Origin: Kiritimatiellia bacterium
Lineage (GTDB): Bacteria > Verrucomicrobiota > Kiritimatiellia > CAIVKH01
Length of the DNA: 64,000 nucleotides
Direction: 5' to 3'
Assembly (NCBI GenBank): GCA_027493775.1
Contig: JAOSKE010000003.1
Coordinates: forward strand, 618,845 to 682,844
Shown here: positions 53,044-63,311 of the stretch, piece after piece
How positions within the stretch are numbered: position 1 is the first letter of the stretch
Layout of the letters: each line of letters starts with the position of its first letter
The notes under the pieces: model-generated
Database searches by the model: none
The model's input: the letters and a program-made list of their open reading frames with translations, nothing else
What the model was told of the DNA's origin: nothing
Translations under genes and position numbers: made by a program

Positions 53044-55965
53044 ATGTTGGAGAGTCGCGCGAGTACAAATCGGGTGGAGGAAAAACACAGTGCAACGGCG
53101 TCGCGCAAGGTGGGCGCTTCAAAGACTCGCAAGGCCGCAGGCAAGGGGCTCTCGGTACAGCGCGTGTTCAGCACTGCGGGCGTCAGTGCGTTCGATCAAA
53201 TCAAATGGGAACGGCGCACGGCGACGATTACCGATGACAAGGGCAACCCGATTTTCGAGCAAAAGAACATCGAGGCGCCAGCGAGCTGGTCCATGCTCGC
53301 GACGAACATCGTTGCGTCGAAATATTTTTATGGCGATGTCACCAAATCCGAGCGCGAGTTTTCGGTTCGCCAGTTGATTCATCGCGTGGTGCGCACCATC
53401 GCGGACTGGGGACTGAAGGATGGATACTTTGCGTCGGAAGAGGACGCAGAAGTTTTCTACGAGGAATTGGTGTTTCTCTGCGTGAATCAATACGGCGCAT
53501 TTAATTCGCCGGTCTGGTTTAACTGCGGTCTCTATCAGCAGTACGGCGTGGGGAAGGACGCAGGGCCGGGCAACCAGTTCTACAATCGCGCAACGGGCAA
53601 GGTCGAAATGGCCCCGTCGCAATACGAATATCCGCAGTGCTCGGCGTGCTTCATTCAGCATGTGAACGACACGATGGAAGACATCATGGAATTGGCGCGA
53701 GCGGAGGCCATGCTCTTCAAATACGGCAGCGGAAGCGGCACGGATTTATCAACGCTCCGCTCCACTCGCGAAAAACTTTCCGGCGGCGGTCGCCCGAGCG
53801 GTCCCCTCTCTTTTCTTCGCGTGTACGACGCAGTGGCGGGCGTGGTGAAGTCGGGCGGTAAGACGCGGCGCGCGGCGAAAATGAATACGCTGAAGATATG
53901 GCACCCGGACATCAAAGAGTTCATTGACGCGAAGTCGAACGAAGAAAAGAAGGCGTGGGCCCTGATTGAGCAGGGCTATGACGGCAACTTCAATGGCGAG
54001 GCATACGCTTCCGTCGCGTTCCAAAACGAGAATCTCAGCGTGCGTGTATCGGATGATTTCATGTGCGCGGTGGAGGAGGATCGCGACTGGACGACGCGCT
54101 GGGTGACAGACCCAAACAAAGCCGGGCCGACGTATAAGGCGCGTGAGCTGATCAAGGGCATGGCGGAGGGGACGTGGGTTTGCGGCGACCCCGGCATTCA
54201 GTATGAGGATACGATTCAACGCTGGCACACCTGCAAAAATGACGGGCCGATCAATTCGAGCAACCCGTGCAGCGAATATATGTTTCTGGATGACACGTCG
54301 TGTAACCTTGCGTCGTTGAACTTGATGAAGTTCATGGATGACGGGCGCTTCGCCATCAAGCGATTCAGAGCCGCAACGGAAATTTTCATCATGGCGCAGG
54401 AAATCATTGTGGATAACGCGAGCTATCCCACACACGACATCGCGCTGAACAGTCACATCTACCGCACGCTTGGCCTCGGCTACGCGAACCTCGGCAGTCT
54501 TCTGATGTCGCAAGGGCTTCCCTACGATAGCGATGAGGGACGTTCGATGGCCGCTGCGATCACGGCCATTATGCACTGCAGCGCTTACGCGCAATCTGCG
54601 CGGATTGCAGAGAAGCTGCAGCCGTTTGAGGCCTACGCGCGGAATCGCGAGCCGATGCTGAAAGTGATTGAGCAGCACCGCGACGCAACGCGCAAAATCG
54701 GCGCGGCGTGCCCGGCGTATTTGCGCGAGGCCGCGCAGCAGTGCGCGGATGAGGCGCTCGATCTCGGTCGTCGCTTTGGCTATCGCAACGCGCAGGTGAC
54801 GGTGCTGGCGCCGACCGGCACCATTGGATTTCTAATGGATTGTGACACAACCGGCGTCGAGCCGGACATCGCGCTGGTGAAGTACAAGCTGCTCGCCGGC
54901 GGCGGAATGTTGAAGCTCGTCAATCGTACGGTCGGTCAGGCGCTGGCCAAACTCGGCTACGACGAGAAGGCCATCGAGGGAATCGTCAAACACATTGACG
55001 AACAGGACACGATTGAAGGTGCGCCGGGACTGAAGGAGGAGCATCTGGCTGTCTTCGATTGCGCATTCAAACCGCGTAATGGAAAGCGCTTCATCGCCTA
55101 TCAGGCGCACTTGAAAATGATGGCGGCGGCGCAGCCGTTCCTTTCCGGCGCGATTTCGAAGACCGTCAATATGCCGCACGAGGCGACGGTTGAGGAAATT
55201 ATGCAGACCTACATGGATGGATGGAAAATGGGCATCAAGGCTCTCGCCATCTACCGCGATGGCTGCAAGCGCAGCCAGCCGGTCAACACGGGCAAAGAGG
55301 AGAAGAAGCTCGAAGCGGTTGCAGTTGCGCCAGCCAAACAGGAGCGCCACGGCTCAAACGGCAATGGCTCGAAGATTCGTCCGCTGCGCCGCCGGATGCC
55401 GAGCACACGCCGCTCGGTCACACACAAGTTCGACATCGCGGGGCACGAAGGCTATCTCACTGTCGGTCTCTACGACGACGGAACGCCCGGCGAGATGTTC
55501 ATCATCATGGCCAAGGAGGGCAGCACCGTGGGCGGACTTATGGATGCCCTCGGCACGGCCATTTCGATGTGCCTGCAATACGGCGTTCCTGTGAAATCGC
55601 TCGTCGAAAAATTTGCGCACACGCGTTTTGAGCCGAGTGGATTTACGAAAAACCCGGATATTCCGATTGCGAAGTCGCTCCCCGATTACATCTTCCGTTG
55701 GCTCGGCGCGACCTTTCTCGACGGCTACAAAGAGCCATCGGCAGCAAAGCCGTTAACGCTGGACTCCGGCGACGCGGCGGTCACTTCGGACGCGGGCGCA
55801 AGCTCTAGCTCCAGCGACACCGTCTCCTCGCCCACACGCGTGGATGATCAGTTCCAGCACTTCCAGGAAGACGCCCCAGCCTGCGACAACTGCGGCTCCA
55901 TCACCGTCCGCAATGGGACGTGCTACAAGTGCTTCAACTGCGGAAACTCAATGGGTTGTTCGTGA
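53044..55965 (+). CDS. nrdJ: Adenosylcobalamin-dependent ribonucleoside-diphosphate reductase (class II, NrdJ), 973 aa, intact
   Basis: Class II RNR motifs (active-site NPCSE with Cys, thiyl loop) and a C-terminal Zn-ribbon CxxC...CxxC. Confidence 0.9.
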   Translation: MLESRASTNRVEEKHSATASRKVGASKTRKAAGKGLSVQRVFSTAGVSAFDQIKWERRTATITDDKGNPIFEQKNIEAPASWSMLATNIVASKYFYGDVTKSEREFSVRQLIHRVVRTIADWGLKDGYFASEEDAEVFYEELVFLCVNQYGAFNSPVWFNCGLYQQYGVGKDAGPGNQFYNRATGKVEMAPSQYEYPQCSACFIQHVNDTMEDIMELARAEAMLFKYGSGSGTDLSTLRSTREKLSGGGRPSGPLSFLRVYDAVAGVVKSGGKTRRAAKMNTLKIWHPDIKEFIDAKSNEEKKAWALIEQGYDGNFNGEAYASVAFQNENLSVRVSDDFMCAVEEDRDWTTRWVTDPNKAGPTYKARELIKGMAEGTWVCGDPGIQYEDTIQRWHTCKNDGPINSSNPCSEYMFLDDTSCNLASLNLMKFMDDGRFAIKRFRAATEIFIMAQEIIVDNASYPTHDIALNSHIYRTLGLGYANLGSLLMSQGLPYDSDEGRSMAAAITAIMHCSAYAQSARIAEKLQPFEAYARNREPMLKVIEQHRDATRKIGAACPAYLREAAQQCADEALDLGRRFGYRNAQVTVLAPTGTIGFLMDCDTTGVEPDIALVKYKLLAGGGMLKLVNRTVGQALAKLGYDEKAIEGIVKHIDEQDTIEGAPGLKEEHLAVFDCAFKPRNGKRFIAYQAHLKMMAAAQPFLSGAISKTVNMPHEATVEEIMQTYMDGWKMGIKALAIYRDGCKRSQPVNTGKEEKKLEAVAVAPAKQERHGSNGNGSKIRPLRRRMPSTRRSVTHKFDIAGHEGYLTVGLYDDGTPGEMFIIMAKEGSTVGGLMDALGTAISMCLQYGVPVKSLVEKFAHTRFEPSGFTKNPDIPIAKSLPDYIFRWLGATFLDGYKEPSAAKPLTLDSGDAAVTSDAGASSSSSDTVSSPTRVDDQFQHFQEDAPACDNCGSITVRNGTCYKCFNCGNSMGCS

Positions 55966-56123
55966 GGGTAAGACTTCGGTGAACGGGTCGGCGCGGCGCA
56001 CTGCTGGCGCCCGACCTTCACGGAGAAGCAACCGGCGAGCTTGAGCCGGGCCTTGCGCGGCGGACATGCAAAATACGCCTTCGCTTTTCACGCCCCTGCG
56101 AGTGATTTTTGGAGAGAGAGACT

Positions 56124-57212
56124 TTACTTCTGCCGTTGGATGCGAAGATGGGCGATGATTTGTTGGTCGGCGCGGCCAAAGGGGTATTGATCCATCTCAT
56201 CCAGCGTCACCCAGCGCCAATCCGCGCAATGAATCGCGCGGGGACGGCCGCGAAGCAGGCGACAGGCATGCGCGTGAAGGTCCATGGTGAAGTGACTGAA
56301 GGCGTGACGGACGGTAATGAGATGGTTGCCGACAGCAATATCAATACCCATCTCTTCCTTTAGCTCACGCGCGATGCACTGCTCAATGGTTTCATCAGAC
56401 TCCTGCTTGCCGCCGGGAAATTCCCACAGTCCGCCAAGCATGGAGGTTTCCTGCCGTTGCGCGATGAGGATGCGACCGCTCTTGTTCACGACAACAGCAG
56501 CACCGACGTGTTTGTGTGGCGCTTTTTTCTTACGCGTCTTGCGGGGGTATTGTTCAGGATCGCCCTCCGCAAAGGCCCGACAAAACTTCTTTAGCGGACA
56601 GACGGCGCACAAAGGTTTGCGCGGGGTGCAAACCGTCGCACCGAGTTCCATCAATGCTTCGTTGAACTCACCGGCCCGACCCTTGGGCAAAAGTTCATTG
56701 GCCAGCGCCTGTAACTTTTTTCGCGCGCGCAGTTTTGTGACATCGTCTTCAAGCGCCGTCAGCCGACTGAGCACGCGGATGATATTTCCATCCAACGTGG
56801 CCGCGTTATGACCAAACGCCAAACTTCCAATTGCGGCAGCGCTGTACGGGCCAATGCCGGGCAGTGCGCGGATATCTGACAGCTCACGCGGAAAACGTCC
56901 GCCGTGTTTAGCGACGATCCGTTTTGCTGCGGCGTGGAGGTGACGGGCGCGTGTGTAGTAGCCGAGGCCTTCCCATTGCTTCAACACATCGCGAAGCGGC
57001 GCGGCAGCGAGCGCACGAATGGTGGGAAAGTGTTCGAGAAATCGGGTGTAATAACCGATTGCCTGGTCCACGCGGGTTTGTTGCAGCATGACCTCTGCGA
57101 GCCACACGCGATAGGGCGTTCTATTTTTTCGCCACGGCAGATCGCGGAGATTTATGGCGAACCAGCGCAACAACGAATTTTGCAGACGGCGCTTTGGAAG
57201 GGGGAGCGTCAT
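56124..57212 (-). CDS. mutY: A/G-specific adenine DNA glycosylase MutY with C-terminal NUDIX-like domain
   Basis: HhH-GPD domain (LPGIGPYSAAAI), 4Fe-4S Cys cluster (CTPRKPLCAVCPLKKFC), NUDIX box GGLWEFPGGK. Confidence 0.9.
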   Translation of the reverse strand: MTLPLPKRRLQNSLLRWFAINLRDLPWRKNRTPYRVWLAEVMLQQTRVDQAIGYYTRFLEHFPTIRALAAAPLRDVLKQWEGLGYYTRARHLHAAAKRIVAKHGGRFPRELSDIRALPGIGPYSAAAIGSLAFGHNAATLDGNIIRVLSRLTALEDDVTKLRARKKLQALANELLPKGRAGEFNEALMELGATVCTPRKPLCAVCPLKKFCRAFAEGDPEQYPRKTRKKKAPHKHVGAAVVVNKSGRILIAQRQETSMLGGLWEFPGGKQESDETIEQCIARELKEEMGIDIAVGNHLITVRHAFSHFTMDLHAHACRLLRGRPRAIHCADWRWVTLDEMDQYPFGRADQQIIAHLRIQRQK

Positions 57213-57220
57213 GCGCGCGG

Positions 57221-57760
57221 TCAGTAGAGATTGTACGCGGGGTCTTGGGCGCGGCGTTGCTGTTGATCGGAAAAACTGACCGCGTGGGTGCCGCTGCTCG
57301 TCGCAATTTCCTTCGGGCCTTCAACCGTTCGCAACGAACCATCCACCTGCCACACGAACCCGCGATTTTCGATTTCGTTTGATCGCTCCACCCACGTGTA
57401 GGTGAAGCTAACTTCAAACCGATTTGCGGCGCGGCGCTGGAGTTGCCATCGTGGAAACAGCGCCTGTCCACTGGGCGAGGTGAGTTGGCGATCAATCCAA
57501 TTCACGACCGTCCCCTCGCCTTCCGGCGCCACTTGCTCTTGAACCAGCTCAAAAACATCCGTCTCATTCATCGTGACAACCGGGCCGGAGGGCGCTGAAT
57601 CGTCCCCCGCCCCCGGCTGATAGACGCGGCTGGTATCGGCGGAAGGCCCGCATCCCATCAGCAGCAAGGCGGCCACGACCGGCACGGGCCAACACGCGGA
57701 AATGCGCGCACCTGAACGGCAACTCTTCACGCCGCCAGTGTACCCAACGCCCGCCGCGAC
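57221..57760 (-). CDS. Hypothetical lipoprotein
   Basis: Lipobox LLLMGCG, then a soluble 150-aa domain. The ORF upstream of the signal peptide is probably not translated, so the start is uncertain. Confidence 0.4.
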   Translation of the reverse strand, partial: VAAGVGYTGGVKSCRSGARISACWPVPVVAALLLMGCGPSADTSRVYQPGAGDDSAPSGPVVTMNETDVFELVQEQVAPEGEGTVVNWIDRQLTSPSGQALFPRWQLQRRAANRFEVSFTYTWVERSNEIENRGFVWQVDGSLRTVEGPKEIATSSGTHAVSFSDQQQRRAQDPAYNLY

Positions 57761-57854
57761 GCAACGCGCATAACCAAATTTTAGCGGAATCAGGATACGT
57801 GATTGACCCGCGCGGGTCGGTTGCCCTACGCTACTCGGGTAAATCGGAGTTGCT

Positions 57855-58739
57855 ATGGCTGACGAACAAAATCTCCCGGGCGACAATGCGCCGCCGAAAC
57901 CGAAATTGAACCTCCCAAGCACGGGAGCGCCTCCGCGTGGCGCGGTGCCGCCCATCCAAATTCGCGCAGGCGAAAAAAAGGCTGAGACCACGCGCATTGA
58001 CCTGAAGATGGCGACGCCGCCCATTGCGACGGTCGGCGATACGCAGCAGGTTCAACCCGATGCCGAGCCAGCGAAGCCGACGATTCGTGTTGAGTCCGCG
58101 CCGAAAAAGACCGAGACACAAAAGGTCGGGCCGGCCGCGCTCAACACCACCATGCGCGTAGAAGTTGCGGATTCGCCGAAATCGAAAACAACCCGCATTG
58201 ACATTCCCGCCGAGGCTTTTCAAAAGGCGCCGGGCGCTCCATCGCGCGGGCAGGTTCCGCAGGGCGCGGAGGATGTTTTTAAGCGCACGACAATTCCTGT
58301 CGGCATTCCCACTCCGCCGCCGACCGCTGCGGGTAAACCGAAAACCATCAGCATCAAGCGCCCCGCAACCGCCGCAGCGCCAGCCATTTCGCCCGCAGAC
58401 AAGGCCGTTGCTGACGCAAAGAAGAGCGAGACCGCGCGTATTGATCTACCGGCAGACGTCGGCGGCGAGCGTCCGGCGACTCGCCCCAAAACCATTCGTA
58501 TTAAACGTCCGGATGGAACATCCGCCCGCAAGGCGCTGACCATCGCGCGACCGGATGAAGCCGCCTCCGCCCCCGAGCAACGCCCGCTGAGTATTGAGGG
58601 GATCGAGGATGAAGGAGAAGAGATCGGAAGCGTCTTTTCCGTACTGACACTGGTTGCCACAATTTTTGTCGGCATTCTGCTGTACGTGCTGGCGGCGCAA
58701 TCCATCGCTCCGAACCTGCCCTGGCCGGGACGCCTCTAA
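57855..58739 (+). CDS. Pro/Ala/Lys-rich repetitive protein with C-terminal TM anchor
   Basis: Five copies of a K(K/S)xET(T/A)RIDL-type motif and a C-terminal hydrophobic segment VFSVLTLVATIFVGILLYVLAA. Confidence 0.5.
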   Translation: MADEQNLPGDNAPPKPKLNLPSTGAPPRGAVPPIQIRAGEKKAETTRIDLKMATPPIATVGDTQQVQPDAEPAKPTIRVESAPKKTETQKVGPAALNTTMRVEVADSPKSKTTRIDIPAEAFQKAPGAPSRGQVPQGAEDVFKRTTIPVGIPTPPPTAAGKPKTISIKRPATAAAPAISPADKAVADAKKSETARIDLPADVGGERPATRPKTIRIKRPDGTSARKALTIARPDEAASAPEQRPLSIEGIEDEGEEIGSVFSVLTLVATIFVGILLYVLAAQSIAPNLPWPGRL

Positions 58740-58795
58740 TCCCCGTCCGCGTAAGGTTTGCGAGCGTCGTTCGACCTACTTTAAAAGGAGCTTTT

Positions 58796-59122
58796 ATGTC
58801 TGCTATTTCTCATGTGAACGCTTCAAGCTGGGCCACCGAAGTCACCGAATCGGCCACGCCGGTCTTGGTTGATTTTTGGGCCGAGTGGTGCGGCCCGTGC
58901 CGTGCGATCGCACCGGTGCTGGAAGAGTTGAGCGCCGAAATGAGCGCACGCGTAAAAATTGTTAAGGTGAACGTGGACGAAGCTCCCGATCTCGCCCAAC
59001 AATTCAACATCCGCTCTATCCCCACCCTGCTCGTTTTCAAAGGCGGCAACGTTGTCGGGCAAATGGTCGGCGCGATGCCGAAGTCTGCGTTGAAGGCGAA
59101 AATTGAAGAGCTAATCGCGTAG
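58796..59122 (+). CDS. trxA: Thioredoxin
   Basis: WAEWCGPCR active site, 108 aa, RBS aaaaggag. Confidence 0.95.
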   Translation: MSAISHVNASSWATEVTESATPVLVDFWAEWCGPCRAIAPVLEELSAEMSARVKIVKVNVDEAPDLAQQFNIRSIPTLLVFKGGNVVGQMVGAMPKSALKAKIEELIA

Positions 59123-59276
59123 TCGCTTCACATCTCTTCGCGTGATGCCGGGACAGGTTCCGTCCCAAAAATCATTGTTGTCCGCTTGCCCACTAGCCCG
59201 ACGAGGGCGTCGGGCCTCGGCGGTTTTTGGTGCATCCGCCTCCGACCTTCAGCTCTCCCGCCTCATCTTTCCTGCG

Positions 59277-60346
59277 CTATTCGGCGGGCTTAACGTGGTG
59301 CGTCTCAGCGGCTTTGGCGCGAATTTTCTCCACGAGCGATTTCTGCATCTCCGGATCGTTCTTCAAGTTCTCGCGCACTGCCTCGCGGCCCTGGCCCAAC
59401 TGCTGGCCGTCCATGGACAACCACGAGCCGCGCTTTTCAAAAAGACCGTATTGCATCGCTGCATCCACAATGGAACCGGTCCAGGAAATGCCTTCCGCGT
59501 AAAGAATATCGAACTCCGCCTCGGTGAAGGGCGGCGCGACTTTGTTCTTCACAACCTTCACTTTCGTGCGGTTGCCATACACCTTGCCGGTGGGGTCTTT
59601 GAGCGCGCCAATGCGACGCACATCAAGACGCACGGAGGAGTAGAATTTTAGCGCGCGACCACCGGGCGTTGTTTCGGGATTACCGAACATCACGCCGATT
59701 TTCTCGCGAATCTGATTGGTAAAAATGCAGCAGGTCTTCGAGCGATTAATCGCGCCGGTCAATTTGCGGAGTGCTTGCGACATCAAGCGAGCCTGCAAAC
59801 CGACGTGCGAATCGCCCATCGCGCCCTCAAGCTCCGCGCGCGCGGCGCGAGCGCGGCGACGGAGTCCACAACAACCACGTCCAGCGAATTGCTTTTCACC
59901 AGCGTCTCCGTGATTTGCAGCGCCTCTTCGCCAGAATTCGGCTGGGAGACGAGCAATTCATCGAGATTCACGCCGATTTTCCGCGCATAAACCGGGTCCA
60001 GCGCATGCTCCGTATCAATAAATGCGGCAAGCCCGCCGGCTTTCTGGGCGTTCGCGATGATGTGTAGAACCAGCGTTGTTTTTCCGGATGACTCGGGGCC
60101 ATAGACTTCAACCACGCGCCCGCGCGGCACGCCGCCGACGCCAATCGCGAGATCGAGGGTGAGTGCGCCGGTGGAAATGGCCGGGACGGAAACGGCCTGA
60201 TCTTCATCGCCGAGGCGCATGATCGCGCCGTCGCCAAATTCCTTTTGGATTTGCGCCAGCACCGCACTCAGTGCGGCAGGCATTTTCTTGTCGTCTTTGG
60301 TTTCTTTGCTGTCCTTGGCGTCTTTGGCAGAGCTTTTCGGCGGCAT
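59277..60346 (-). CDS. recA: Recombinase RecA. 1-nt indel in a (CG)n tract near 59835-59845.
   Basis: Walker [11 protein letters not shown]1/L2 loops. Frames join at [13 protein letters not shown]|[21 protein letters not shown], matching E. coli RecA. Confidence 0.95.
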
Positions 60347-60447
60347 GGTGAACCTCTTTCAGAAGTTTATTGTGGGCATAGATTTCGCGGTTTTGCGTCC
60401 ACTCACGCAACCGCAACACGGCTTCAATGTATAGCTCCGATCCGGCC

Positions 60448-61686
60448 TCAAGTCAACGCGCGGACACCGGCCTGTCGGCGAAGCAAATCAAGCGCCATTT
60501 GGGAGCTTCTTTCTTTGATCGTTTCGCGTGGGCCGGTGAAATGGAATTCCCTTGCCACGTCCCCATTGGCGGATGCGCACGCGATATAGACTAGGCCAAC
60601 GGGTTTCAATTCCGTGCCGCCGCCCGGCCCGGCAATGCCGGTGATGCCGAGACCAAAATCGGCGCCGAACCGCTCACGAACACCCCCGGCCATCGCAAGG
60701 GCGACTTCAGCGCTCACCGCGCCGACGCGTTCGATTAATTCGGCAGGCACGCCGAGATCGCGAACCTTCGAAGCATTTGCATAAGCGATCACACCGCCGA
60801 GAAAAATCTCGGAACTGCCCGGAACATTCGTCAGACGATGGCCGACCAGTCCACCCGTGCAGGATTCGGCCGTCGCCACCGTCGCGCCCATTCTGCGCAG
60901 CAGATCAACAAGAACGAGCTCCAGCTCAATCTGGGATTCGGCATAAATCCATTCGCCCAAACGCTCGCGCACAATGGCGACCGCGCACGCGTGTTCGGCA
61001 GATGCGCCGGGAAGGGCGGACAGACGCAGCTCCACGGAAGCCGGTCGCGCACAGTACGCAACACTCACGCCCGTCCCCGGAAAATTGTCTTCGGGGAGAA
61101 GCCGGACAACATCGGATTCGCCAATGCCGACCATCTCGAATACCTGCTGCAACGGCTGCTCTTCCACAAGCGCGCGGAGGCGCGGCACGATATGATCCAC
61201 GAGAACCGCTTCAAACTCGCGTGGCGGGCCGGGCAGCAAGAATATTAATTTGTCTCGCCAGGCAATCATCTCGCCGGGCGCAAGGCCGACGCGGTTGGAC
61301 AACACCTCTGCGCCGGACAAAATCAGGGCATTGCGGGAAACGGCTTCGCTCCACATCCGATTCGTTCGCGCATAGCGCTGACGAATCCCCGCGCGCGTGT
61401 CTTCGTGAATCACAAGCTCTGCGCCAATCGCATCTGCGACGGCGTCCCGCGTGATGTCGTCCGATGTCGCGCCGAGGCCGCCGCTCACAACGACAATGGA
61501 CGCGCGTGTCAGCGCCTCCGTGACGGCGGCGGACAAAACGGCGCGTTCATCCGGGATCGTCGTATCGCGCGCGAGAGAGAGGCCGAGCAGGGCAAGATGC
61601 TGCGCAAGCAATTGCGCGTGCGTATTGACCGTGCGGCCGGATAGCAGTTCGGCTCCGGTCGAGACCAGCTCGACCGTCGGGTTCAT
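60448..61686 (-). CDS. cinA: CinA (competence/damage-inducible protein A; MoCF-binding plus PncC-like NMN deamidase domain)
   Basis: N-terminal MoCF-biosynthesis fold (VELVSTGAELLSG) and C-terminal CinA domain. Classic cinA-recA operon. Confidence 0.9.
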   Translation of the reverse strand: MNPTVELVSTGAELLSGRTVNTHAQLLAQHLALLGLSLARDTTIPDERAVLSAAVTEALTRASIVVVSGGLGATSDDITRDAVADAIGAELVIHEDTRAGIRQRYARTNRMWSEAVSRNALILSGAEVLSNRVGLAPGEMIAWRDKLIFLLPGPPREFEAVLVDHIVPRLRALVEEQPLQQVFEMVGIGESDVVRLLPEDNFPGTGVSVAYCARPASVELRLSALPGASAEHACAVAIVRERLGEWIYAESQIELELVLVDLLRRMGATVATAESCTGGLVGHRLTNVPGSSEIFLGGVIAYANASKVRDLGVPAELIERVGAVSAEVALAMAGGVRERFGADFGLGITGIAGPGGGTELKPVGLVYIACASANGDVAREFHFTGPRETIKERSSQMALDLLRRQAGVRALT

Positions 61687-62657
61687 TTCGCGTATCCGCG
61701 CGGATTGGCCTGATGCCACTTCCAGGCATGTTCAATGATGGTGCGCAAATCCGGATACTTCGGCTTCCAGCCGAGCACCGTGTGCGCCTTCGTTGCGGAG
61801 GCAATCAGGCGCGGCGGATCACCGGGGCGGCGCGGGGCCACCTCTGCCTTGATTGGCTTGCCCGTAACCTCGCGCGCAACGTCCACCACCTGCTTCACCG
61901 AGTAGCCATCGCCATTGCCCAGATTGAATGGGCCGCTCACGTCTTTCTCCAGCGCGAGGATGTGCGCTTGTGCGAGGTCGGCAATGTGAATGTAGTCACG
62001 CACGCAAGTGCCGTCCGGCGTGGGATAGTCGTCGCCGAAGATCATGACCTTTTCCTGTCGCCCCTGCGCAACGAAAAGGACGTTCGGGATGATGTGCGAT
62101 TCCGGATCATGGTGCTCGCCGAACTTTTTCCGTCGCGCCTGCGGCATTGAAATAGCGCAGAAAAACAGATCGGGTCCCGTCGCGTTCATCGCGCCAACGC
62201 AGAACCTTTTTCGGAACAGCAGCTTCGATTCGCCGTACGGATTCGTCGGCTTCTGGGGCAAATCCTCGTGCATCGGCATCGTCTCGGGGACGCCATAGGT
62301 GGCGCAGGTGGACGAGAAAATAATTTTCGGCACGCCCGCCGCCTTCATCGCATCGGCAAGGTTAATACCGCCGACGACGTTGTTGCGGAAATACAACTGC
62401 GGGTCCTGCATGGACTCGCCGACCAACGCAAATGCCGCGAAGTGAACCACCGCATCGGGGCGCACCGAGCGCATTGCGGCGATAATGGAATCGCGCTCGC
62501 GCAAATCGCCTTCGATCACCCGCGCACGAGTGTCCACGGCGTCGCGATGACCACGCTCAAAATTATCGAAGACCACAACCTCGTGCCCCTGATTGAGCAA
62601 CAGCTCACTGGTCACGCTTCCGATATATCCGGCGCCGCCGGTAACAAGGACTTTCAT
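61683..62657 (-). CDS. galE: UDP-glucose 4-epimerase
   Basis: MKVLVTGGAGYIGS NAD-binding, YxxxK catalytic motif (YGESKLLFRK), 324 aa. Confidence 0.9.
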   Translation of the reverse strand: MKVLVTGGAGYIGSVTSELLLNQGHEVVVFDNFERGHRDAVDTRARVIEGDLRERDSIIAAMRSVRPDAVVHFAAFALVGESMQDPQLYFRNNVVGGINLADAMKAAGVPKIIFSSTCATYGVPETMPMHEDLPQKPTNPYGESKLLFRKRFCVGAMNATGPDLFFCAISMPQARRKKFGEHHDPESHIIPNVLFVAQGRQEKVMIFGDDYPTPDGTCVRDYIHIADLAQAHILALEKDVSGPFNLGNGDGYSVKQVVDVAREVTGKPIKAEVAPRRPGDPPRLIASATKAHTVLGWKPKYPDLRTIIEHAWKWHQANPRGYAK

Positions 62658-62705
62658 AATTAATCAACCCTACGAATGGGCGTGCGTTTCAGCCAGCAAA
62701 AAGCG

Positions 62706-63182
62706 TCACGCATCCGGAGCGGCGTCATCATCCTCCGGCTGGTCTTCTTTCGCCTGCGCCTGTTCCAAGGCCCAGGTCATATCCTGCGCTTTGTCCCACA
62801 CACTGCGCGCGACGAAAATCGGGCAGTCGTGCTGCACCGCGATGGCAAAAGTGTCGCTCGGGCGGGCGTCAATTTCGAGGATGTTCCGCCCCAGCTCATT
62901 TTCTTGTTTCAGAAAAAGGCGGGCAAAGAAGGTGTCGTCCTTCAGGTCGTTCACGACCACCTTCTGCACCTGTGCGCCAAGTCCGGCAAAAATGTTCGCG
63001 ATCAGATCATGCGTCAGCGGACGCGGCGGCTTCATCTTGCGCAACGAGAGTGAAATCGCCGCGCCGATGTGCGGATCAACGAAAATCGCGATGGTCTTGC
63101 TCCCGGCGCCCAGAAAGACCCCCACTCCGGTGGGTGTGGGAACCAGACCGCGAATTTCCACCTTTAGATCGTCATCCGGCAC
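62706..63182 (-). CDS. Bifunctional nuclease family protein (BFN/DUF151)
   Basis: Conserved BFN motifs (GVGVFLG, IFVDPHIGAAI, RPSDTFAIA). Confidence 0.7.
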   Translation of the reverse strand: MPDDDLKVEIRGLVPTPTGVGVFLGAGSKTIAIFVDPHIGAAISLSLRKMKPPRPLTHDLIANIFAGLGAQVQKVVVNDLKDDTFFARLFLKQENELGRNILEIDARPSDTFAIAVQHDCPIFVARSVWDKAQDMTWALEQAQAKEDQPEDDDAAPDA

Positions 63183-63311
63183 GACTCACATATCCTGCGT
63201 GATGTAATAGATCATATAAAAAATACCACCGATCAGAATCGCTGATAGAAAGGTATCCATACGCTCACTGTATCGCAACTGCCGACGGTCAACAACCGTC
63301 CTCGATTAAAA

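Noticed and set aside
59142-59651. 169-aa plus-strand ORF
   Set aside because: Antisense to recA.
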